DNA of 64,000 nucleotides. It comes from Hypanus sabinus (taxonomy: Eukaryota). The notes under the pieces were generated by a model. It saw only the letters and a list, made by a program, of their open reading frames with translations. It was not told where the DNA came from and searched no databases. The stretch covers positions 34,534,001 through 34,598,000 of the forward strand of contig NC_082725.1 of assembly GCF_030144855.1 (NCBI RefSeq). Reading direction: 5' to 3'. Below are positions 49,871 to 60,809 of this stretch, piece after piece. The position numbers and the translations under genes were made by a program. How positions within the stretch are numbered: position 1 is the stretch's first letter; each line of letters opens with the position of its first letter.

Positions 49871-50831
49871 AGAAAAAATCTAAATCCAGATCGTTAACTC
49901 AGTAATGTAATAAATCTCTAAAAATTATTAAATGTTGCCACAATATATGCATTAGCTCATGAAAATCTTTTAATATCACTGCTATTGAAATTTATCTTTC
50001 ATCTTGTTGGTAACCCCCATTTTGTTCTGTGAAGTAACCGGGTGCAAGAATCAATATCATCCTGCCAATCTCACATCCAAGGAAAACCAAAATAGAAAAT
50101 CAGCTATCTGAGCATTCACATAGGATTGGACCCTGTGTGTTAAGGTCGTCGCCAATTAGAAAGGCAAGTTAATTAATCAATTTTAACCCTTTGAATTATA
50201 ATTCATAAACGGAATGCAGACAGATATAAACCACCTGTTATTAAAATAAGAGTGGGACTAGGTGATAAACATCCCAATCTACCACATCACTCAGTAAGTT
50301 CATGACTTGCTCGCAAAGCATTGCTACTGTTTTAGTAACTCACGTTCTAAATATCAATGCATTGTCTTATAGAATCAACTGAATGTAGGAGTGCCAAATA
50401 AATTCAACTATCTCTTGACTGTGATTTATCTTAAACGAGTGAGATTCTACTCTTTAAATAGACTTTATTTTGAGTGAATTGTTCAGTGAGCCTTACACCT
50501 TGCACTGCCACCAGATCACTGCATTTTAAACTACTAACGATGGTATGTTAGCCAGCATATTTAGCTGGAAAACCAAAACACATTATGCTTTGTATTCAAA
50601 GTATGCTCTGAAAATTGTTAAGTTGCTAAATACTATTACAGGTGACCCCCGTTTTTCAAATGTTCGCTTTACAACACCTCACCGTTAAGAAAGATGTACA
50701 TTAGTTACCTGTTTTTGCTAACAGAAGGTGTTTTCACTGTTACGAAAAAGGGCAGCGCGCACCAAGCAGCCAAACTCCTCCCCCGGAACTGCATTCTAAC
50801 TACCATTGCTTAAACATGTACCTGTGAGCAT

Positions 50832-50869
50832 CTGTGCTGACGAAGGGTCTCGGCCCGAAACGTCGACAG
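50832..50869 (+). ncRNA. Minimal type I hammerhead ribozyme motif (PLE-associated)
   Basis: CUGACGA(50837-43)-A-stem II GGGU/CUCG/GCCC-GAAA(50857-60)-CG-UC; predicted cleavage after C50864. Stem I is imperfect (CUGU/ACAG with a G-G mismatch next to the core). Confidence 0.65.
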
Positions 50870-50964
50870 TGCTTCTTCCTATAGATGCTGCCTGACCTGC
50901 TGCGTTCCACCAGCATTTTGTGCGTGTTGCTTGTACTTCCAGCATCTGCAGATTTCCTCGTGAT
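50839..50964 (+). mobile_element. Solo Penelope-like terminal repeat inserted into the Tigger 5' region, 6-bp TSD TGTGCT
   Basis: TGTGCT at 50833-50838 and 50965-50970. The body matches the PLE terminal repeat and retains many CpGs (young copy). Confidence 0.88.
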
Positions 50965-52420
50965 TGTGCTTTATCTCAATTTATTTTGTGTGTTTGTTAG
51001 CAAGACGAGTTCGAAGGTATCAGAAAAGCCTAAAAGAGCTCATAAGGGTGTTACACTTAGTGTAAAATTAGACATAATTAAGTTTTTCAATCGTGGTGAA
51101 CAAACTAAGAACATTGTCTGTGCGTTGAACCATTCGCACTATTTATACGCAGAGAGAAAGAATCTTGAAAGCTGCGATGTTACTGTAGGTTCTCCTGACA
51201 AAGTGGTCTCTCTTAGCTGGCAACCAATAATGGATAAAATGGAAAGTCTATTGCTTGAGTGGATTGATGGGTGTACAAAGCATGGTGTTCTGTTAAGTTA
51301 TCTTATACTAAAGGAGAAATTAGTCAGTCTTTTTAATAAGCTGAAACAGAAAGCACTGGACAATGGTGAAAGTGTTGCAAAAGTGGAATTTAAAAGTAAT
51401 CGGTTTCTGAGGAGTGGGCAGTTTCATAGCTTAAAGTTTACTGGAGAGAGTGCTTCAGCTGATACTGAAGCTGCCAAAAAGTTCCCAATAGAACTGAAGA
51501 AAATAATTACAGAAGGTGTTTATTCATCTAAGCAAGTGTTTAACTGTGATGAAACTGCAATTTATTGGAAAAATTTGCCAAGCACCCCAACCTCCGACGA
51601 CTCAGCCTAACACACCATCATCAGTGTGCTCGCTGTCTTCGGTAAGTGAAACTATTCTGTAATATTATTTCTACTTTATATAGGCTGTGTATTTTTGTGT
51701 TATTTGGTTTGTTTGGGCAACTCCATAGCTTTAAGGTTACTGGAGAGAGTGCTGCCGAGAGTGCTTGCGTGAAATTTTCACTACGTTAGACAGTGCTGCA
51801 ATGATTGCAGAAAAGTATTTCTACTTTATATAGGTTGCGTATTTACCATATCTTTCCTGCTTTTACTATATGTTACTGTTATTTTAGGTTTTATGTATTA
51901 TTTGGCATGATTTGGGAGGTTTTTTTTGGGTTTGGGAATGCTCACAGATTTTTCCCATATAAATAAATGGTAATTGCTTCTTCACTTTTACAACATTGAG
52001 CTTACAAACCGTTTCATAGGAATGCTCCACCTTCGATAGCGAGAGAAACCTGTGTACAAAAAAAATGTCTGTTTACATATAAAATTAGATTAGCATAATT
52101 GGAGAAGCTGTTCAGTTAAGTATCAGCTACACCTTTTTTAAAAAACAGCATGAAGAATGTGTAATGGTGAGACACCCATGTCTTTTACTTTTCTACAAAG
52201 CTTAGTACTAAACTGAAAAGCTTTCTATGATCAGTCTTGATTAAAACACAATTGGCAGTGTGACATTTAATCTAATTATTTTAGTCAATGCTATGACTTC
52301 TCATCATCTTAAATTTAAGTGTTTATCAGAGCATGTTTACGAATTTGCAAATTTTTAACAGTATTTTCCTTTATGTATTATAACCTTCATTGATAGGAAA
52401 AGTTGAAGATGGAACTCTTC

Positions 52421-53316
52421 AACACAAAATGCTGGAGGAACTCAGCAGGCCAGGCAGCATTTATGGAAAAAAGTACAGTCGACATTTCAGGCCGAAACCC
52501 TTCAGCGGGATTGGAGAAACAAAGCTGAGCAGTAGGTTTGAAAGGTGGGGGAGGGAAGAGAGAAACGCCAGGCAACTTGGACGGGGATGGATGAAGCAGA
52601 GAGCTAGAAAGTTGATTGGTGAAAGAGACAGAAGGCCATGGAAGGAAAACAAGGGGGAGGGGGCCGAGGAGCACTAGAGAGAGGTGGTGAGTGGCAAGGA
52701 GAGAGAGGCAAGGGGTCGGGAAATGGTGAAGTGGTGGGGTGGGGAGGCATTTCTGGAAGTTGGAGAAATCGATGTTCATGCCATCAGATCGGAGCCAACC
52801 CAAATGGATACAAGGTGTTTTTCCTCCAACCTAAGTGTGGCCTTATTCCGACAGTGGATGGACATACCGGAATGGAAAAGGGAAATGGAATTAAAATGGG
52901 TGGCCACTGGGAGATCCCACTTGTTCTGGCAGATGGTACGTAGATGCCTGCTGAAGCGGTCTCCAAATCTATGTCGGGTCTCACTGATATACAAAAGGCC
53001 AAACGGCCAGCCCTAAACACAGGATATGACCACAGCTGACTCACAGAGGAAGTGTTGCCTCACCTGGAAGGACTACTTGGGGCCCTGAAATGGTAGTGAG
53101 GGAGTAGGTGTAGGGGCAGGTGTAGCACTTGTTCTGCTTGCAAGGCTGAGTGCCAGGAGGGAGATCAGTGGGGAGGGATGAATGGACAAGGGAGTCAGCC
53201 CGAAACGTTGACTGTACTTTTTTCCCCATAGATGCTGCATGGCCTACTGAGATCCTCTGGCAAGATCCTCTGTTCCTTGGATTTCCAGCATCTGCAAATT
53301 TTCTCTTGTTTGTGAC
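52421..53316 (-). mobile_element. Penelope-like element (Neptune-type), 5'-truncated: Cys-rich linker plus GIY-YIG remnant, inverted terminal repeats, 12-bp TSD ATGGAACTCTTC
   Basis: DSLVHSSLPTDLPPGTQPCKQNKCYTCPY (Cys-rich linker), YISETRHRFGDRFSRHLRTI..DLPVATHFNS..LRLEEKHL, SDGMNIDFSNF. TSD at 52409-52420 and 53317-53328. Confidence 0.92.
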
Positions 53317-54080
53317 ATGGAACTCTTCTTCAACTTTTCCTGTCACCATCTGATCTTTGCTCTATTTAATAAGAGTACCAAACTCTTTTTGCAATCTCCA
53401 TCTTGAACTTAAATTCTCTAGAAACGGACTTCTACAATTAGCTCATTAAAAATTACTAATGAAATACTTAAGTGTTGGTCACTAAAGTATAACTCAAGTA
53501 TATAATAATCAACATAAAGTTATGAATTGAAATAGTTCTTGAATTATAATTATTTGCATTGCATATAATTGAGAGTTAATAACTCAACTGGAAAAAAAAA
53601 CGTTGGCATCATATCATATATCGTGATATACTGACAAATTCCATGTGATTGGAGACAAGACTATAGTAAGAATTAACTTCAATACATACTCATGACAGCA
53701 GGCATTTTGTGACAGTATGTGGAGCTGATAACTTTGACGCTGAAGTGTCAGTAGTGCAGTGGATTGGAATTTGAATATCAGACTGGAAAATTTCCCAGCC
53801 ATTCATTAGATAAAGCCAGAAGGGTTGTCTAGCTCTGAATGCTGCCAATGAATATCCCAGGGCTTACCACAGCCAAAAGGATACCATGGCAATGAATGCA
53901 GCCAACAAATATCTTGGCAGTAAATGTATTCAGCCAATATGTTTTACGTGACTAAACAAGCCCTATACCTTTTATCTTTACAGGTTAATCTGCTCTTCAT
54001 CACGTTAAACCCAAAGGCGCTAGAGCACTGTTGCATACTCCAAGCTAGATTAGACTAAGCACAAAATGACAACCAAGCAA

Positions 54081-54295
54081 TAAAGAGGAGATCTGCAGAT
54101 GCTGGAAATCCAAGCACCACACACACAAAATGCTGCAGGAAGACAGCAGGGCAGGCAGCATCTATGGAAAAGAGTACATTTGATGTTTCGGGCTAAGACC
54201 CAATCAGAAGGATCTCAGCCTGAAACATCAATTATCCTCTTTACCATAACTGCTGCCTGGCCTGCTGAGTCCCTCCAGCATTTTGTGTGTGTTGC
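54081..54295. mobile_element. Palindromic Penelope-like mini-element with 13-bp TSD GACAA(C/G)CAAGCAA
   Basis: Inverted arms meet at ~54200. TSD at 54068-54080 and 54296-54308. Confidence 0.87.
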
Positions 54296-54899
54296 GACAA
54301 GCAAGCAACTTGATTACTCATTTTATCCTTTGGATGACAAACAAAGTAAATATTATCCCTTTTAAAAAAGTGTTTTTATCATGATAAAAATCTAAATGTT
54401 GAGAAACATAGGAATGAAAGATTATTCAGCTTAGGATCCTCACCAGCTGGTTTAAGTGTCTTCTGCACCCTCTTCATTTGCCAGCCCTATCTGCTTCATA
54501 CTCACAAGTGTATCTAACTTACATCTACAGTCGTAAATGTTTTAGTATCCACATCCCTTCAGAGGAAAATAATTCTAAATTTCTGTTGCAGCCAGTATGA
54601 AAAAATATGCTTTAATTTGTTACTTGGGATTATATTCCCTTCTTCTTAATTATCTACCAGAAGGAGAAGTTGTTCTTCTGTGACTATCTACTGCAGCCTA
54701 AAAACAGAGGGAAAACATTGCTCCACCAAGTCTGATCTACATCTATATATACTAGCACATGACACTATTACAATTATTATATGAACTGGCAGTCATGCCT
54801 TGGTCCACAGCAAGTGATTGTAATGAGCCATAAGCGACTACTGGGCCAAATCCATCACCTACTTCTACTAATAAATGACAAACTCACACCTGCTACAAA

Positions 54900-55205
54900 C
54901 GTCTTTTCAGGGGAAGTAGAACAACAGATTCACATTGGCCCTTTATTCTGTGTGTGGGGGAGGTAGGCATTTGATTCAAGAATCCAGTCTGTATATTTTA
55001 ACTGGAGCAGGGCAGGAGCTATAATGTGGAACACACTGAGAAGCTGCTGGAGCCAGGTACTCCATGAAGTATCTAAACAAGCACTTGAATCAAAGCATGG
55101 CATACTATGGACCAAATGTAGGTAAACATGATTGGTTCAGTTAAGTAGAAAGTTCAGCATCAACATGTTGGGCTGAAGGATCTGTTCCTGTGCTGTACAT
55201 CTCAA
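54900..55205 (+). mobile_element. CR1 LINE 3' end fragment
   Basis: 'tatggaccaaatgtaggtaaa..cagcatcaacatgttgggctgaaggatctgttcctgtgctgtac' CR1 tail. Confidence 0.65.
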
Positions 55206-56124
55206 TAACACCTATGCAAGTAACAAAAGACTTGAAATCTGTTGGTACCAATCGTGGCAGAAAATATTCAGATTGAGTTCTGAAATTCTTGTCCAGTCAA
55301 TATTCAGTTGCTTAGAAACAAAAAAACACTTGGATGCATAATGGAGTTTTTGATGAGTACAGAAATACTATAAAAATATTGTTCCAATTCTATGCACAAG
55401 ATTTCATTCCTGTTATGTGTTCTTTTAATTCAGTAGACAACCAAGAGTGTCCATAACACATCTGATTGGGTTAATTAAGTTTTGCTGAGAATACTCAAAG
55501 CAACTCAATAAAGTCTTTCAAGGCCTCCTAGAAACCAGGATGGAGGGAGAATAGCATGAAATATGAAAATGTCAAGATGAAGACAAAATGATTTACATTG
55601 CATTTTTTTTCTCCTAACATCAAAGCACTTCAAAACCCATGAATTATTTCCACTTAGAATTGACTCCACAGAAACTGCTACATGTGTCATGACAATGTTT
55701 ATGCTTCATTAAAATTTGGCATCATTACAGCACATCAGACATGGTATAATTGGGTATAAAATAATTCTGATGGCAGCAGTGATGAAGAAAATAGATTAGA
55801 TTCAGCACACTGTGGAGTCCACAGTCCATGATCTGTTTTTAGGTTTTGCTCTCTCATAATTAACTCTCTCACGAAATCCAGGATACTGGATTTTCAGCCT
55901 CTTGTGCATTGATCTTGATTTCCCTTTTGAAGATAATATTACATGTTGTCACTTCTCTACTCAGTGGTGACACAAATGAGCAACTCTCCAGGCAAATAAA
56001 TTCCTCCTAAATTCTTTATTGGATTGATTAGTGCAATAATCATTCATCACTTAAACTCCAAACCCTCTCTATTGGCAAGGCATTCAGGAACATAATAGAA
56101 CTGACACTGTACAATGATGGGCTC

Positions 56125-56350
56125 AAGTTTGCAAGGAGAGATTGGATAGACTAGAACTGATTTTCCCTGGAATGAAGGAAGCAGAGTGGGTGTCTTTAGA
56201 AAAGTTGTTAATCAAATTAAGAGAGGCAGAGATGAAGTTTTAAATCACAGTTCCACCCACCCACCCCCCCCACCGAGGATATGGGAGTCTAAAATTATTG
56301 GCTATTTTTAAGGTAAGAGACAGATTCAATAGGATCTGAGGGCAACAAGC
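56125..56350 (+). mobile_element. CR1 LINE fragment
   Basis: 'ggagagattggatagactagaactgattttccctggaatgaagg' (ERLDRLELIFP) and 'tttaaggtaagag'. Confidence 0.6.
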
Positions 56351-56721
56351 TTCACATCATCCAGCACAAGGCAGGGCATTTGATTGACATCTCATCTACC
56401 ACTTCAAATTTCCATTCCCTCTGCTGCTATTGTATAACAACTAGGGTCCCTTCAATTTCTGCACTAGCCTCTCACATGGTCCATGGGAACACACCAGCAG
56501 GTCCTGGGGATTTATCCACCCTAATTTGCCTCAAGACAGCAAACATCTCCTCCTCTGCAATCTGTATAGGGTGCATGATCTAACTGCCGCTTTGCCTCGC
56601 ATCTGCAGAATATGTCTGTCTCCTATGTAAATAATACAAATGCAAAATATTGGATTTAAAATTCGACTTAAATTAAATCTTAAAATTTAAGTTTCAATTT
56701 TAAATCTTGTTAAAATTTAAG

Positions 56722-57233
56722 AACAGAGAAAAGAAAAAATAATAAATAAGGGATGGGGTAAGAAGGGGAAGAGGAACATTAATGGATGTTAGAAAAATCA
56801 ATGTTCGTTATCAGGTTGGAGGCTACCCAGATGGAATACAAGGTGTTATATTCCATTAATGCCCCTCCTCCCCTTCTTACTCCATCCCTTATTTATCTAT
56901 CTATCTACCTATCCTCTCTGTCCCTCTCACAATCACTCCTTTGCCTGCTCTCAATCTCCCTCTGGTGCTCCCTCCCTAGGCCTCCCATCCCATGATCCTT
57001 TCCCTTCTCCAGTTCTGTATCCCTTTTGCCAATCACCTTTCCAGCTCTTAGTTTCACCCCTCCCCCTCCTGTCTTCTCCAATCATCTCAGATTTCCCCCT
57101 CCCCCTTTCAAATCTTTTACTATCTTTTCTTTCAGTTAGTCCTGACGAAGGGTCTCAACCTGAAACGTCGACAGTACTTCTTCCTACAGATTCTGCCTGG
57201 CCTGCTGCGCTCCACCAGCATTTTCTGTGTGTT
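56722..57233 (+). mobile_element. Penelope-like 3' end with inverted 5' segment (56722-56855 minus, 56855-57233 plus)
   Basis: The minus part encodes the GIY-YIG C-terminus (HLVFHLGSLQPDNEH-like). The plus part is the pyrimidine-rich 3' region plus terminal repeat. ~42-bp inverted repeat 56743-56783 / 56855-56896. Confidence 0.85.
57139..57172 (+). ncRNA. Minimal type I hammerhead ribozyme motif (PLE-associated)
   Basis: Stem I GUC/GAC, CUGACGA(57142-48)-A, stem II GGGU/CUCA/ACCU, GAAA(57162-65), CG-UC; predicted cleavage after C57169. Confidence 0.7.
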
Positions 57234-59639
57234 CCTTAAAATCTCCCTCATCTTTTTTGGCACATAGATGACCACTCTGAAATTCCAGTGGACCAATTTT
57301 GTCCCTTGCTATCCTCTTGTTCTTAATATATCTGTAGAAGGCCTTAGGATTTTCCTTCACTTGTCTGCTGGAGCAACCTCTTCCTACAGCACTCCTGATT
57401 TCCATGTTGTCTTCTCTTGCATTTCTTATATTCAAGTACCTCATTTGTTCCCGCCTGCCTGTATCTGCTAGGCATCTTCATTTGTTTTAACCAGGGTTTC
57501 ACTATCTCTCAAAAACCTGTTACCCTTGCCTTACACTTTGACAGGAACATACAAACTCTGCACTCTCAAAATTTTACTTTTGAAGGCCTCCTGTTTACCA
57601 AGTACACCTTTGCCAGAAAACAACCTGTTCCAATTCAAACTTGCCAATCATTTTTGAAACCATCAAAATAGTTCTTCCTCTAACTTAGAGCCCAAGGACC
57701 ATGGCTATCCTTTTCCATAATCACCTCGAGACTAATGGTCTTATTATTACTAGATGCAAAGTTCTGTCACCGGTCTCATTTCCTAACAGGACACTTGTTA
57801 TCACACTCCCTAGTTGGGACTTCTATATTTCTCCTTGCTATCAACCACGTAGCCCATTTTTATACAACCTTCAGTTGTTTATCAAACCTCAGTTGTACAT
57901 TTAAACCATCAATATACAAAAAATAGCCATGTACCAACCTCTAAAAACCAGTTATAAAATCATCTATCAATTCTTCGATTCCTTTTACTGATCCAATTTG
58001 TTAACATCCCTTGGATCCAAAGGGTATTTATTGTCTTGATAAACCTACCATATGGAAACTATTCAAAAAACCTTGTTAATCCATGTAGGTTATATCTGAA
58101 ATACAACTTCCTTAATATTTGATGAAAAATTTAAATACAGTCATCAGCTAGGAATTATTTAATTAGCGACTGACAATTTAACTCTTTCATAGATTTGAAA
58201 CTGCTTAATAGATCAATTCTTATGTAACCCGGTATTCCTTATAACCTGTGTATCAAAATTATCCCCCATTTGCAAAATCTGAAGTGTTATTATTAAGAAA
58301 TTTACCCAGATCCTCCCTCTTCACACACAAGTTACTTTACCTGGTCCTCAACAAGCCCTACTCGTTCCTTCAATATTTATAAAATTCTTCCATTTTCTCC
58401 AATTTTATGCACTGTTTTAAAAATGGGAATAAATTTATTTTATGTTGTTACACTACACTAACCTGCCGTACTAAGCTTTGCATTGTTTACTGCTGAATGC
58501 ATAAATCATCAGATCTGAACACAGCTTGATACCAGAAAAAGAGCACGTGTTTGCCGCTTCTCTAAGGAAACTAAGATGAAAAATTTTATAGGGGGAGGGC
58601 AGGAGGTGGAAAGTGGAGGTAGGGAACAGTGGAGTGCAGAATGTTAGGGAAGGAGAGAGTGGGAATTTGGGAAGGGAGGGAGGGAGAGGACTGGGATTCT
58701 CAGTTAAACTGAAATTTTTGAGTTGATGTGAATAGGTGAAGAACTGAGCGATTCTGGTGCAGGTTTGTTAATTAGTATTTTGACATTTGATAGGAAGCAA
58801 AAGGTGTATAGCATCAGTGGGTGGGATGGAGAGAGGAGATATACGTCAAAGTCTGAGCAAGAACTGAAATCTGAAGGATACCAGTTGATATCGCCACGTT
58901 GTATGGGACAACTGATTCAAACTTAGACCACCAGCAGCTAAAGCAAAGCACCGACATTCCCTGACAAACCAGGCACACGACTGATCATATTCTCAGCATC
59001 GCCTCTGACAAATTAAAAGCTGACAGTGGAGAGAAAAGAAAAAATCAAATTGTATTCTTGCAAGAAATCTGTTTAAATTCATTTTGAGCCAGAAATTCTA
59101 TATAGCAGTTTTCTTTTAAACCCACAGTTCTTTTTTACCTCAAGCCTACACTTTCCCCACCCTCCCTTAGTTTCAAGTGAAACGCACGGTAAAAGCATCC
59201 CTGAATGAATTCCAAGCACTTGATGCTACAAATCAGACTTCACATTTAAAGTATTATAAGAGAGCTTTTGTGCGAGGAAAACAATTGCTTTAAAGAGTTT
59301 TGTCTGATGGGGTCATTATCCTTGGATATCCAGCTTCCTGTAATGAGATATAGGTGCAGCGCAGGGCTAATTTGTGAAATTATTCTTTCACAATGCTGCT
59401 GCACTACCCTGTGGGGATTCTTCAATGCCTCTTCTATTCAACAGAAACGCCCCAATCAGCCCTGATGCTAGGACGGGAATCAGTTTTTTTTTGTCCCACT
59501 TGGGCATTCATGAGATGCACTGAGTTCTTCACCAACAGAAATACTTTCCCACACTAAAACTAGACATTGCACCAATGATATTCAAGCTTAATATCACCAC
59601 AGTTTATGCTTTAGATATGCTGCAAGGGAAAATAACATA

Positions 59640-59900
59640 AGGATAATTGCTAATGGGCTCTTAATCCAGAGACAGCAGGTCAAACCGCACCCAGGGAAAC
59701 CAGCGAAGTAAATAAATCTGGAATTAAAGACGTGTCAGTTTGTAGCGACCATAAAACCACCACATTGCTGTAAAATCCAAGCTGGATAATCAATACTAAT
59801 TTGAGAAGAAAATTTGCTGACCTCGGCCTGGATGCATCGCTTGTGAATCTAGATCTACAACAACACAGTTAAGACTCAACTGACCTCAAGCAAGCTATTC
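59640..59900 (+). mobile_element. Chondrichthyan SINE remnant
   Basis: 'aataaatctggaattaaag..gaccataaaaccacc..ctgtaaaatccaagctgg..gaagaaaatttgctgacct..gactcaactgacctc' resembles a common shark/ray SINE (recalled, not searched). Confidence 0.55.
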
Positions 59901-60302
59901 AGATCATGCACAGTAAACAATAGCCTAATATCACAGAAATGAGTTATAAATGCATTGCTGATGCTACCATCAGCTAATGGTTTCAGTTCAGGTTCATTTA
60001 GCCAATCCTTAACCAGGAGTTTCAATGATTTGAATCACTTTGGTCTTTTTATTCAGACCAGAGGGGAAATAATTTATAGAGGAGTTCCTCCCCTCTTGTA
60101 AATGAAGTATAAATGTTGTTGAGGAAATTTCAGATCGGAACAGAATTTTAACAAGTCTTCATTCTGGAAGTCTACATACAAGGCATTTCATGGAAGACTG
60201 GAAGTATGTCACATTATGATACTGCTAGTATGGGGACATGACTTAACCCAGTTGCTAAAGCAATTCTTTGGACAGATCTCTCATGCCCTGATGCTATTTA
60301 TT

Positions 60303-60547
60303 TAGAGGTATATCATAGTAACAGGCCCCTCCAATCCAATAAGCCACACCACTCAATTAATCCCATACTATCAACTAACCTACTAACCTGTACATCTTTG
60401 GAATGTAGGAGGAAACTGGAGCACCCAGAAGACGCCTACATGGTCGCGGGGAGAATGTACAAACTCTTTACAGATAATATTGGGAACTGAACCCTGGTTG
60501 CTGATGCTGTGATAGTGTTGCACTAACAGCTACATCATGTACTGTCC
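60303..60547 (-). mobile_element. V-SINE/HE1-like tRNA-derived SINE
   Basis: V-domain core 'catctttggaatgtaggaggaaactggagcacccagaagacgcctacatggtcgcggggagaatgtacaaactc'. tRNA-like head at 60480-60547 (rc), CR1-like tail at 60303-60350. Confidence 0.85.
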
Positions 60548-60809
60548 TAAACAAAGGTCCACTCTGACCATGCCACAGGTGGCTTGATTACTGCTGGGGG
60601 ATCTGTTTCAAGCAGACAAGGAATGAGCAAATACAAGTGGCTACGCACTCCAGTGAATTCCAAACAATGAATCACCAGTGAATCAATCCCTGTCATCATT
60701 ACTTTCCAGCTAGAGTGGTGATTGTCTGCAACACCTGAGAGACTTAACTCTTTTACCAGACTGAAGGAGTGAAGCTTCATGTTGAGGAAGCTGTACTGCA
60801 GGAGATGGA

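Larger units (their letters stand above)
50639..52052 (+). mobile_element. Tigger/pogo DNA transposon, internally deleted (DNA-binding region retained, most of the DDE domain lost)
   Basis: TA|CAGGT...ACCTG termini. ORF 50885..51610 contains KRAHKGVTLSVKLDIIK (HTH-psq), MDKMESLLLEWI..LILKEK (CENP-B/Tc5 HTH), GESASADTEAAKKF and QVFNCDETAIYWK (first catalytic D), then stops. The putative native ATG reads ACG at ~51005. Confidence 0.92.
56360..57830 (-). mobile_element. CR1 LINE fragment interrupted by a Penelope-like insertion (56722-57233)
   Basis: KENPKAFYRYIKNKRIARDKIGPL in ORF 57184..57444(-). 'ggtcctggggatttatccacc' is the rc of VDKSPGP. Confidence 0.88.

Noticed and set aside
58590-58910. 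G-rich tract and CTGAAGGA...CG motif resembling another PLE end or hammerhead
   Set aside because: GAAA core absent and no convincing GIY-YIG translation.
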